A stretch of 64,000 nucleotides of DNA from Octopus bimaculoides (taxonomy: Eukaryota), in contig NC_068982.1 of the NCBI RefSeq assembly GCF_001194135.2, positions 5,405,858 to 5,469,857 on the forward strand, read 5' to 3'. Below, piece by piece: positions 23,531 to 34,690 of the stretch. A program made the translations under genes and the position numbers. Each line of letters starts with the position of its first letter. Positions within the stretch are counted from its first letter, which is position 1. The notes under the pieces are model-generated. The model did not search any database. It was not told the origin of the DNA and saw only the letters and a list, made by a program, of their open reading frames with translations.

Positions 23531-26500
23531 CTACAAAAGAAAATCAATACATTAAAAGTGGCAGATCAGTTTGAAACTTAAGATAATTGTTTAGCATTCA
23601 TGTGGTTCTAAGTTACATCCAACTCTGTGGGATCTTGCACAACTTTCGTCCACGAAAACCTAAGAGCAAAACATGAGGAGTGAAATTTGATAGACAGAAA
23701 TTGTGCTGAAGCCAATACATAGAAGAATTGTCTTCTGCTTTGGTTGTCTCCCTTTATAGCCATTTTACTGTCTTTCTTCCTTGATATCTTTCCACCAATA
23801 TTCATCATCATCATCGTTTAACATCTGCTTTCCATGATAGCATGGGTTGGACGATTTGACTGAGGACTGGTGAACCAGATTGCTACACCAGGCTCCAATC
23901 TGTTTCTCCAGTTTCCTAAACACTACTATTCTGCTTGGTTTTAATTATGAGACCTCTTTCAAGGATACAGTCAACAACATCAACGCTAGTACTTGACTCA
24001 TTTTGTGGACAGAGGAAAAACGAAAGCCAAAGTTGAGATAGAGTCAGATTTAACCCTTCAGCATTCAGATTATTCTATCAAATCTAATCCTTATTTATTC
24101 CCATTGTTTTGAGTTAATCCTGCTTTATTTCATGATTTTGAGATTTCGATGATGTGATTGTTTATTTTTAAAATGACATTGTAGGATAGGTGTGAAAGAC
24201 TAGATCTGGCCAGGTTGAACAGAAAATAGGTAGAATATTTTGCCTTGATATGACCAGATTAAATGCTAATGCTGTGGTTCTCAACTGGGGCACATATGAC
24301 CCTTGGGGGTCCATATAAAATTTTGCTGTTAAAATTATGTCCAATAAAGTGGTTATTCTTCTAGAATACACAAAATTTTTTTAGTTTTTTTTTTTATACA
24401 ATTCCTAATAATTTTATTGTGTCTGGGGAGAGTCGTTCTGTTTTAATGCCTTATTAACACATTGAAGGCAGTGCTCCAGCATGGCTGCAGTCAGAATGAC
24501 TGACACAGGTAAAAGAACATAATTAAGGGATCAGCAACAGTTGCTTCACCACATACCGAAGTTCAGAAATAGCAGCTAAAGTGCTGATTTTCTGCGGTAT
24601 TGCTTGTGACGCACATGGTAATTCTCGAGGAGGGATAAGAACTGGCTGGCCTATGTAGGTTCGGAGATGGTTTCATATTGTGCTGATGCACGATGTCGCT
24701 CGGTCGTGCATGCACACTTGCCAGCATCGTCGAATTTGCAAAACTGGAATATCATACTGATGAGGAAATGAAAAGTCTTTACTTTTCTAAGCCAGAAACG
24801 CGTATATAAGTAACTAAGACTAGTTTAGTTTGTTATTTNNNNNNNNNNNNNNNNNNNNNNNNNNNNNNNNNNNNNNNNNNNNNNNNNNNNNNNNNNNNNN
24901 NNNNNNNNNNNNNNNNNNNNNNNNNNNNNNNNNNNNNNNNNNNNNNNNNNNNNNNNNNNNNNNNNNNNNNNNNNNNNNNNNNNNNNNNNNNNNNNNNNNN
25001 NNNNNNNNNNNNNNNNNNNNNNNNNNNNNNNNNNNNNNNNNNNNNNNNNNNNNNNNNNNNNNNNNNNNNNNNNNNNNNNNNNNNNNNNNNNNNNNNNNNN
25101 NNNNNNNNNNNNNNNNNNNNNNNNNNNNNNNNNNNNNNNNNNNNNNNNNNNNNNNNNNNNNNNNNNNNNNNNNNNNNNNNNNNNNNNNNNNNNNNNNNNN
25201 NNNNNNNNNNNNNNNNNNNNNNNNNNNNNNNNNNNNNNNNNNNNNNNNNNNNNNNNNNNNNNNNNNNNNNNNNNNNNNNNNNNNNNNNNNNNNNNNNNNN
25301 NNNNNNNNNNNNNNNNNNNNNNNNNNNNNNNNNNNNNNNNNNNNNNNNNNNNNNNNNNNNNNNNNNNNNNNNNNNNNNNNNNNNNNNNNNNNNNNNNNNN
25401 NNNNNNNNNNNNNNNNNNNNNNNNNNNNNNNNNNNNNNNNNNNNNNNNNNNNNNNNNNNNNNNNNNNNNNNNNNNNNNNNNNNNNNNNNNNNNNNNNNNN
25501 NNNNNNNNNNNNNNNNNNNNNNNNNNNNNNNNNNNNNNNNNNNNNNNNNNNNNNNNNNNNNNNNNNNNNNNNNNNNNNNNNNNNNNNNNNNNNNNNNNNN
25601 NNNNNNNNNNNNNNNNNNNNNNNNNNNNNATATATATATATATATACCCTTTTAGGTTGGGGGGTTCTGAAAAGGGTCTCAGGGAGTAGTGTCTCTGCCT
25701 TCCTGAGCTAGTTTTACATTACATTTGTTAAAATTTGTGGTAGAGGCCTTGGTCTCGGGACCACTCATGTCTAGAAACTGAGGTTGGGGGTAACCAAGGG
25801 CATGGTCCCTGTAGAAAACCCAGCTCCAAAAAAAGCCTCATGATAGCAAGGGTGAATGGGCACCAGCCAGCCTAAAGACTGAGGTGGGCTACCCCTGTCT
25901 ACCTCGGTTGCTATGGCATTTGAAGTAGATCTGGCCACCCCCGTTAACAGGGACAAAACCCAGATTTAAAACACTGGATAATGATGATGATGTATATACC
26001 TTTTTAATTGTTTCTATTACTTGACTGTGGCTATGCTGGAGCACCACCTTTAATCAAACAAATCAACCCCAGGACTTATTCTTTGTAAGCCTAGTACTTA
26101 TTCTATTGGTTTCATTTGCCAAACTGCTAAATTATGGAGATGTAAACACACCAACATCAGTTGTCAAGTGGTGGGAACACAGACACAAATACACATATAC
26201 ATACAACAGGCTTCTTTCAGTTTCCATCTACCAAATCCACTCACATGGATTTGGTATCATGAAGTGGGACTGAACCAGGAACCATGTGGTTGGAAGCAAG
26301 ATTCTTACCATACAGCCACTCCTGTCGTACGTGTGTGTGTGTATATATATATATNNNNNNNNNNNNNNNNNNNNNNNNNNNNNNNNNNNNNNNNNNNNNN
26401 NNNNNNNNNNNNNNNNNNNNNNNNNNNNNNNNNNNNNNNNNNNNNNNNNNNNNNNNNNNNNNNNNNNNNNNNNNNNNNNNNNNNNNNNNNNNNNNNNNNN

Positions 26501-26890
26501 NNNNNNNNNNNNNNNNNNNNNNNNNNNNNNNNNNNNNNNNNNNNNNNNNNNNNNNNNNNNNNNNNNNNNNNNNNNNNNNNNNNNNNNNNNNNNNNNNNNN
26601 NNNNNNNNNNNNNNNNNNNNNNNNNNNNNNNNNNNNNNNNNNNNNNNNNNNNNNNNNNNNNNNNNNNNNNNNNNNNNNNNNNNNNNNNNNNNNNNNNNNN
26701 NNNNNNNNNNNNNATACACATACAACAGACTTCTTTCAGTTTCGATCTGCCAAACCCACCCGCGAGGCTTTGGTTGGGCCGAGGCTATAGTAGAGGACAC
26801 TTTCCCAAGGTGCCACGCAATGGGACTGAATCCGGAACTATGTGGCTAGTAAGCAAGCTTCTTACCACATAGCCACGCCTGTTGTGTGCA

Positions 26891-26929
<39 letters not shown>

Positions 26930-28113
26930 GTAATATAATATGTGACAATTATCTGTAATATGTGTGTATGTATGTCTATCTCTTCTCTATTCCTCACATT
27001 TCTTGTTTTTCATGTTTTTTATGCTTTTCTCTCCCTTCCCACTCCTGCAGCCCAACCCTATTCTTAATACCCTTCCCACTGAATCATTGCTATCCTGTTG
27101 CCCGCCACTCTCCTCTATATACCCAGGTTTCACCAGTTATTGCATTCCTCACCCCTTCTTTGCATTCCTGTGAATTTCCTATTTCTTTACTAATGCACCC
27201 TTGGCAATACCATGTTCTTCGTTTTTTTTGTTTGTTTGTTTTTTTGTCTTTATTGGTGTACACATTTCCTAGCTTTCTTACAAAGGGGTCTAATGCTCTT
27301 AGCTTAGACTTTTTTGGGGACAACCAGATCGAACCATACCATCCCATTTATATTCTCATCCTCATACTTTGAGGGTATGCCCTGCTGCATCGCCACCATC
27401 TCTCTTTTTCTCACTCTCTTTCACCTTTGCTCACTTCCACTGCCACCCCTTCTCTCTCTCTTCCATCTGGGGTAACCATGTATCACCTCTAACAGAAAGA
27501 CACCCATTTCTGTCCCTCTGTTACACCCTAACCTCTCATCACCGGGCACAAGGCCACCGTCTCCAATACACACCCCACTTCTCAAAGGATCTTTGTTTTG
27601 AGAGTCACTCAGTGACCCCACTGGTGCTGGTGCCACAAAAAAGCTTCCTAGTCCATACTGTAAAGTGGTTGGCAATAAGGAAGGGCATCCAGCCATACAA
27701 GAATCATGTCCAAACAAACCCCACTGGGGCTGGTGCCACATAAAAAGCTCTCGGTTCACTCTGTAAAATGGTTGGCATTAGGAAGGAGAAAGAGAAAGCC
27801 AGGTGTAAAAACTATACCAAAACACAAAAATGGAACCTGGGGCAGTCTTCTGGTTTGCCAGTTCCTGTCAAACTATCTAACCCATGCCAGCATGGAAAAC
27901 AGATGCTAAATGATGCCGATGAGATTATATATATATATGTGTGTATATGTAAATATATAAAAACAAAAAGATAAAGAGAGCAAAGGTAAGGTTGAAGAAT
28001 TTTATGGATAGAATCTTACAGCTGTTTCTGGGAAGATCCAGTACTTCCCTTCATCGGAGACAGAAAAATAAAGTAATCTATTATTATATCCATAGGCGGA
28101 TATTTTTAGTATG

Positions 28114-28152
<39 letters not shown>

Positions 28153-28599
28153 GTGCACATGCAAACACAAACACATGCACACACAAACACAAACACATGC
28201 ATTAGGAAGGGCAGCCAAAAGTAGACGCCATGCCAATAGAAACAAATGGAGGCCTGGTGCAGCTCTTTGGTTTGCCAATTCCTGTTGAACAGTCTGACCC
28301 ATGCCAGCATGGAAAATGGTCATTAAATAATGATTAGGATAATGATGATGATGATTATAATATATTTGCTTCCCAACCACATGGTTCTGGGTTCAGTCCC
28401 ACTGTGTGGAACCTTGGGCAAGTATCTTCTACTATAGCCTCAAGCCAACCAAAGCCTTGGGAGTGGATTTCGTAGACAGAAACTGAAAGAAGTCTATCAT
28501 GTGTGTATGTTTCTGTCCCTGTAACTCAGTGGTTCAGCATAAGAGATTGACAGAATAAGTACCACACTTAAAAAGAATTACATGGCACAAACAGGGGTG

Positions 28600-28840
28600 T
28601 TTTTTATGTGACAGCGGCACTGTCACCAGTTCTTCACTTACACGGCACTGTCACCAGTTCTTTTACATGGCACCGTCACCAGGTCTTTTACGCGGCACCA
28701 TCACCAGTTCTTTTATGCGGCACTGTCACCAGTTCTTCTTTTATGCGGCACCATCGCCAGTTCTTTTATGCGGCACCGTCACCAGTTCTTCTTTTATGTG
28801 GCACCATCACCAGTTCTTGACGTGGCACTGTCACCGTTGT
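28600..28840. repeat. 25-28-bp tandem repeat (GGCACYRTCACCAGTTCT(TCT)TTTATGC)n
   Basis: About 8 units seen directly. Confidence 0.85.
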
Positions 28841-29175
28841 TTTTTGCAATGGCAGCATGGGTACCTATTTTGTGGCTCCAGCATGGCTGCCTATTATGTG
28901 GCTCCAGCATGGGTGCTTTTTTTTACATGGCACCAGTGGAACAAAAATACTTACTTGCAAAACCTGCATTGGTTGGTAGCAAGAAGGGGCCTTTATCTGA
29001 AGAACATTGCCTGAAGAAGTCTTGATCGACCCATGTCAGAACGGAAAGAGATGTAAAATGCAATGACGAGAGTGGTGATGATGAGCATCCGTCCACTAAG
29101 AATTTTCTGCTTCCTCATCATACAACCTACATACAAAAGCAATATAAATTAGGAATAATGCAAGAATAGACTTAC

Positions 29176-29285
29176 AGCAAAAATGACTGTTGCTATGGAT
29201 CCCAGAGCACTGAAGCCTGCATTGAATGCAATCCAAATTAAAAATGTAATCCCCAGGCAGTTCTGTCTGTTGCACATATTAAAAT
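29176..29285 (-). CDS. CLCN7: CLC-7 exon, helix C (YFNMCNRQNCLGITFLIWIAFNAGFSALGSIATVIFA)
   Basis: 110 nt, phase 1-0, ACAG acceptor, GCT|GTAAGT donor; aligns to human [23 protein letters not shown]. Confidence 0.93.
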
Positions 29286-29337
29286 CTGTTTTGTGAGTTA
29301 AGGTGACACAGAAGAAAAGGTAAACAATAAACATTAT

Positions 29338-29444
29338 ACAGTTCTATATTTAAGAGATGAGGAATTATTTGACGGGCATATGGCATTGTGGTTAAGAGCC
29401 CGGGCTACTAACCCCAAGATTCCAAGTTCGATTCCAGGCAGTGA

Positions 29445-29476
<32 letters not shown>

Positions 29477-30090
29477 TCGAAAAATACCTTAGGAATGAGA
29501 ACCCAGGCTCGAAACTTTCCCAAAATACCTGATGAAGGCTGGAGGGTATATCAGCTGAAACACTGTGTTAACAACAGAACCATATTCGATGACTGTCACC
29601 TGTGCCAGTGGAGCACTAACAGCACCATCTGAGCATGATCATTGCCAGAGCAGCTGTCTGGCTTCCATATCAGTGGCACGTAAATAGCACCATTTGAGCG
29701 TGATCGTTACCAAACATCGCCTTACTAGCACTTGTGCCGGTCGCACATTAGAAAACATTCGAGTGAAGTCGTTGTCAGTGCCGCTGGATTGGCTCCTGTG
29801 CAAGTGGCATGTAAAAGAACACCATTTTGAGCGTGGCCATTGCCAGTACCAACTGACTGGCCCTCGTGCCGGTGGCACGTAAAAGCACTCACTACACTCT
29901 TGGAGTGGTTGGTGTTAGGAAGGGCATCCAGCTGTAGAAACTCTGCCAGATCAGATTGGAGCCTGGTGCAGCCATCCGGTTCACCAGTCCTTAGTCAAAT
30001 CATCCAACCCATACTAGCATGGAAAGCGGACGTTAAACGATGATGATGATGAGGACAAATATCCGTTAAATGTAAATAATGTAAATAAAC
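29338..30090 (+). mobile_element. Family H1 SINE copy interrupted by a (GAT)n-tailed SINE
   Basis: Inverted tail 29338-29369, head from 29374, hammerhead core CTGATGA at 29529-29535 with mutated triplet; the tail resumes GATGAGGACAAATATCCG at about 30048. Confidence 0.75.
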
Positions 30091-30124
30091 ATTATATTTA
30101 GCATGAAAGAGGAAGTCTCTACAT

Positions 30125-30493
30125 CCGTGGTTCTAAACTGGGGTTTATATGACACCCTGGTAGTCCATAGAAGAGTTTTGGGTGTCCAAGTTAGTATTTT
30201 GGGGGTTCATTTTGCTTTGATGTAGTGCAAAAAGCGACTTGGTTTCTTTCTTTAATTTTTTATGTAGTTAAACACGTTTCCGGTCATTGAAACCCAGAGT
30301 CTCTTGGAGAGAGTGGCTTTTGCAGACCTGCACAAGAGAACATGTGAAAAACAAAATAAGAATTTTGAGAGAAGTGTTTATGAAGTGAGTTTCTAAACAT
30401 CAAACGAAAATGGGGGTCTACCAGAAAAAAAAAAAAAAAAAAAACAGTAATCAAAAACAAAAACAGTAATCAAAATATGGTTGAGAACCACTG
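30125..30493. mobile_element. hAT/Charlie-type MITE
   Basis: CCGTGGTTCTAAAC ... GTTGAGAACCACTG termini; 8-bp TSD CTCTACAT/CTTTACAT. Confidence 0.75.
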
Positions 30494-31531
30494 CTTTACA
30501 TGGTAGCCTGACATGTTGGAAACAGCAGCCAAATTGCCTTCAAATCATATTTTACTGTAGTGGAGAATGTAACGGAAATACTGTAGGACGGGCTTGACTG
30601 AAACACTTTACCTTATATATGCTCAATGGTTTACGGCTGCTTCTGATGTCGGTGGTTTTGGTAATTTTAATTCAAGACAGTTAAAAGAAAGAATAAAAAT
30701 TCTTTGAACAGGCACAGGCATGGCTGTGTGGAAAGAAGCTTGCTTCCCAGTTACATGGTTCTAGGTTCAATCCCATTGCATGGAACTTTGTGAAAGGATT
30801 TGGGAGATGGAAACTGAAAGAAGCTTGTGTGTGTGTGTGTGTGTGTGTTTGACTTCACCACTGCTTGACAACTAATGTTGGTGTGTTTACATCCCCATTC
30901 AGCAAAGGGGACCAATAGAAAATCAAGTACTTGGGTCCGTTCATTCAAGTGAAGCATTTAAGGCAGTGCCCCAGCATGGCCACAGTCTAATGACAAAGAA
31001 AGATAAATGATAAAAAAAAATCACAGGCAGTCATAGCAGTGGAGTCAAGATGTCATTTAACATCCGCTTTCTGTGCTGGCATGGGTTGGAAGGTTTGACT
31101 GAGGACTGGTGAGCCAGAAGGCTGCACCAGGCTCCAATCTGATCTGGCAGAGTTTCTACAGCTGGATGCCCTTCCTACCGCCAACCACTCAGAGAGTGTA
31201 GTGAGTGCTTTTACGTGCCACTGGCATGGGAGCCAGTCAGGAGGCACTGACATTGACCACTTTTGGATGGTGCTTTTTATGTGCCACCAGAACGGGGGCC
31301 AGTCAGGGGATACTGGCATCGACCATGTTCGGATGCTGCTTTTTACGTGCCACCAGCACAGGGAGCCAGCCAGGCAACACTAGCATCGACCTGTTAAGAT
31401 AAGTAACAGACTGGAGACTGGAAAAAGTGCTGGAAGGCTCTGCCCCAGTATGGCCACATTTCAATGACTGAAATCCGTAAGAGAAGGAAAAGAATAAAAA
31501 CATTATGGCAATTGCAATTGAAAAAGGATAC

Positions 31532-31664
31532 AATGTTTGATCTGATAGAATTTGAAGCCTGCTACCGTTGTCACTCCATAATCTATGAGACAAGCTATGA
31601 GCCCCGTAAGGACTCCAATTGAAAACATTACAAACCATCGCACCATACCAATGTAAATGTTTTT
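31532..31664 (-). CDS. CLCN7: CLC-7 exon, helix B (KNIYIGMVRWFVMFSIGVLTGLIACLIDYGVTTVAGFKFYQIKH)
   Basis: Aligns to human [35 protein letters not shown]; 133 nt; TTACAG acceptor, GTATCC donor (phase 1). Confidence 0.95.
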
Positions 31665-32062
31665 CTGTAAAAAAGAAAACAACAACAACAATGAAACAAA
31701 TAAAATAGAAAGACAACACAGTACAGAGAATATTTAATCCTTTCGTTACTGTATTTGGAGATACTCAGTGTTTCTATCAATCATTTCAGATATAACAAAG
31801 AATTCAGTTAAATAACTTTGTTATCATTAAACTAGTGTTAGGAACATAAATTGTGACTAAGGTTTGGTGGAAGATTTTAATTTAAAACTTATGAAAACAA
31901 GACATTTGTACTCAGAGCCAGAACTGGTTTCAGCTGGGTTGGTAACGAAAGGGTTAAAAGAAACAGATTGATTATAATTGCTGATTATAATTACTAACAT
32001 TTATAAAGGTGACAAGTTATTTGTAAATCTCACAACAAGAGATATTCAGCGAGAGTACTTTG

Positions 32063-32339
32063 GAGTAAAGGTTGTTTGCCAACATAACATGGCAGTCCTG
32101 GTTTAGGACGAATGTTGTTGTAATTTAGCCCCAGGAGACATGGTCTCCAGCTGGCTATATGACATGAGCTGTGTCCTTATATTTTCGAACAAGGGGGTGC
32201 TATATTTTCTTGTTTGAAAATATAAGGACACAGATCGTGTCGTATAGCCAGCTGGAGACCATGTCTCCTGGGGTTAAATTACAGCAACATTCATCCTAAA
32301 CCAGGACTGCCATGCTATGTTGGTAAACAATCTTTACTC
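32063..32339. repeat. Near-perfect palindrome (foldback); second copy 32826-33153
   Basis: GAGTAAAGGTTGTTTGCCAACATAACATGGCAGTCCTGG... is mirrored by ...CCAGGACTGCCATGCTATGTTGGTAAACAATCTTTACTC; arms about 130 bp. Confidence 0.9.
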
Positions 32340-32471
32340 TGCAGCAGTTTTGTTGGCATAAGTAGTGTTGATAGATCTGTCTTGGAAAACGAGGAGTGCT
32401 GTGAAGAAGTGAGATTTGAAACCAGATTAGCCAGAAGCTGAAAAGAGGATTCACTTCCAGAAGTAACTTAC

Positions 32472-32537
32472 CCATTTTGTTCTGTCAATCAGTTCCTTTT
32501 CATAAATGCTGTTTTCAACCGGGTCATAATCTAAACT
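32472..32537 (-). CDS. CLCN7: CLC-7 exon SLDYDPVENSIYEKELIDRTKW
   Basis: Conserved SLDYD..EN motif, 66 nt, AAG acceptor, TGG|GTAAGT donor. Confidence 0.93.
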
Positions 32538-33394
32538 CTTGAAATTGAAAATAAAAGAAAGAAAATAAAGAAAATTTCGAATCTTTTATGGCATTTAATT
32601 GTTTCTTCTGAGCAGATTTAATCAGTTATTGAAATTAAATATTATGAAAACATTTAGTCAAAAATTCTATTTTCTTAGTTCTAAACACCTTCGTTGTAAG
32701 TAATTCCCACACCCCTAACACTGAACGGATAAAAATAATTTACTGAAATATTATCACAATATAATTCCTTAGAAAATTGCTATTTCTAAATCTCACAATG
32801 AGAGATATTCAGCAACAGTATTTTGGAGTAAAGATTGTTTGCCAACATAACATGGCAGTCCTGGTTTAGGATGAATGTTGCTGTAATTTAGTCACAGGAG
32901 ACATTGTTTCCAACTGGCTATACAACACGATCTGTGTCCTTATATTTTCGAACAAGGGAATGTAGCACCCCCACTCAGCTCAAAACAATATCTGTGTATC
33001 GTGATTTCCGAGTTATTTCCCTTCATCAGCACAGAATAATTGTTTGGCTAGAGGTGGCGCTGCCAAATTCCCTGATCTATAAATTAGAATAAATTACAGC
33101 AACATTTGTCCTGAACCAGGACTGCCATGTTATGTTGGCAAATAATCTTTACTGCAATATAATTCCTGTTCAATGAACTGGACAAAAAGATGAAACAATC
33201 GTCAATGGAGTAATGAACTACTAACTGGCAGGTCAAACAATTCTACACTGTTCGTAGCTGCCAAGAAATAAGTAGCAGATCTTCTGAAAGTACCACTTGC
33301 AAGTAATTAGAGCCATGACTAATATCACATACATCACTAATCTACTTGAGATTAAACGCTGCTTAGTTCCATATAAAACATTGCTATATTATTT

Positions 33395-33760
33395 ACATTA
33401 TTTACATTCGACGGATATTTGTCCTCATCTTGTTTGTTGTTAACACGACGTTTCGGCTGATATACCCTCCAGCCTTCATCAGGTGTCTTGGGGAAATTTC
33501 AAACCTGAATTCTCATTCCTAAGGTACTTTTCGATGTTATTATTATTACTATTATCATTATTCAGGTCACTGCCTGGAATCGAACTCAGAAACTTGGGGT
33601 TAGTAGCCTGCACTCTTAACCACTACGCCATATCCCCATGATGAAGGCAGGAGGGTATATCAGCCGACACATTGTGTTAACAACAAACAAGATGAGGACA
33701 AATATCCGTCAAATGTAAATAATGTACATAATTCCTCATCTCTTAAATATAGAACTGTAA
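33395..33760 (-). mobile_element. tRNA-headed SINE with hammerhead tail plus inverted tail copy (family H1)
   Basis: tRNA-like head (A box TGGCGTAGTGG, B box GAGTTCGATTC), (AAT)n spacer, hammerhead, tail ...GTCCTCATCTTGTTTG; the opposite-orientation tail is at about 33638-33758. Confidence 0.8.
33442..33487 (-). ncRNA. Minimal type I hammerhead ribozyme motif, core intact
   Basis: Minus strand reads GACAC-CUGAUGA-A-GGCUG(GAGGGUAUAU)CAGCC-GAAA-C-GUC/GUGUU. Stem I GACAC:GUGUU, stem II 5 bp, loopless palindromic ACGU stem III, GUC triplet. Confidence 0.75.
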
Positions 33761-34182
33761 AACATTGCTAAGTGCAATAACCATATGATATTTTGTTAAA
33801 TATAAATATATATACACATAAGTGCAAGCATGGTATGTGGTAAGAAGTTTGCTTCCTAACCACATGGGTGGCACCTTGGGCAAGTGTCTTCTACTATAGA
33901 TTCAAGTCAATCAAAGCCTTGTGACAGAAACTGAAAGAAGCTGATCATATATGTGTGTGTATGTGTGAGTGCGTTTGTATTTGTCCCCTACCACGACTTG
34001 ACAACTGGTGTTGGTTTGTTTACATCTATGTATCCGAGCAGTATGGAAAAGAGACTTATGTACCAGACTTTAAAAAAAACAAAAAAACAAGCACTGGGGT
34101 TGATTTGTTTGACTAAAATTCTTCAAGGCATGGTTGCAGTTTAATGATTGAACCAAAAGATTAAAGATAAAAGCAATAATAC

Positions 34183-34248
34183 CTCATAAAGATTGCTGAG
34201 ACAAGTATTTTCAACCCCTTCCTGAATAATTTCTGTGTATTGATCCCC
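34183..34248 (-). CDS. CLCN7: CLC-7 exon GDQYTEIIQEGVENTCLSNLYE
   Basis: Acceptor (T)nAG, donor GAG|GTATTA, 66 nt, phase 0-0. It ends LSNLYE, matching human LLSLKYE immediately before SLDYD. Confidence 0.85.
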
Positions 34249-34459
34249 CTAAAAAAAAAAAAAAGAAAAGGAATTCAGTTAAACATTTATTTATAACATA
34301 CATTCAATAAAAATTCCAACTGGTATTCACTATTGTACAACTAATTGTTCTATATTGTTATGAAGTCCCTTGGTGCCAGAACACTTGGCAGGATTATGGA
34401 TTACCATTGGTTGGATTTTATAATCAACTGAATTTACTTAGAAACTGAGATGTGTCTTG

Positions 34460-34690
34460 TTACTTGTATGATTTGGGAGAGCCAGCTCATATTGTTTGGC
34501 CACGTTGCTCGATTTGTTGGGTGACCACATGCCACATGGTGATGTCGGATGAGGAGGTATCTTGTGGAGATGGGGACTGACTGGAACTCTGCTCCACAAG
34601 CTGCCCAGGAGGACCCAGGAATATACCAACAAACAGTGAATGCAATAACATGCTACAAAGGCGCATGCCCTCACACCACACCTGACCAGT
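34460..34690 (+). mobile_element. LINE 3' remnant
   Basis: WESQLILFGHVARF...RRYLVEMG...ACPHT resembles the C-terminus of RTE/RTEX-type ORF2. Confidence 0.55.

Noticed and set aside
29374-29447. tRNA gene
   Set aside because: A and B boxes are present but the acceptor stem is not formed, and the sequence recurs as the head of a repeat; called a SINE head.
32338-32437. 100-nt exon-like segment (CAG acceptor, GTAAAG donor)
   Set aside because: It would shift the frame between two exons that already join in phase 0, and the donor comes from the foldback repeat end.
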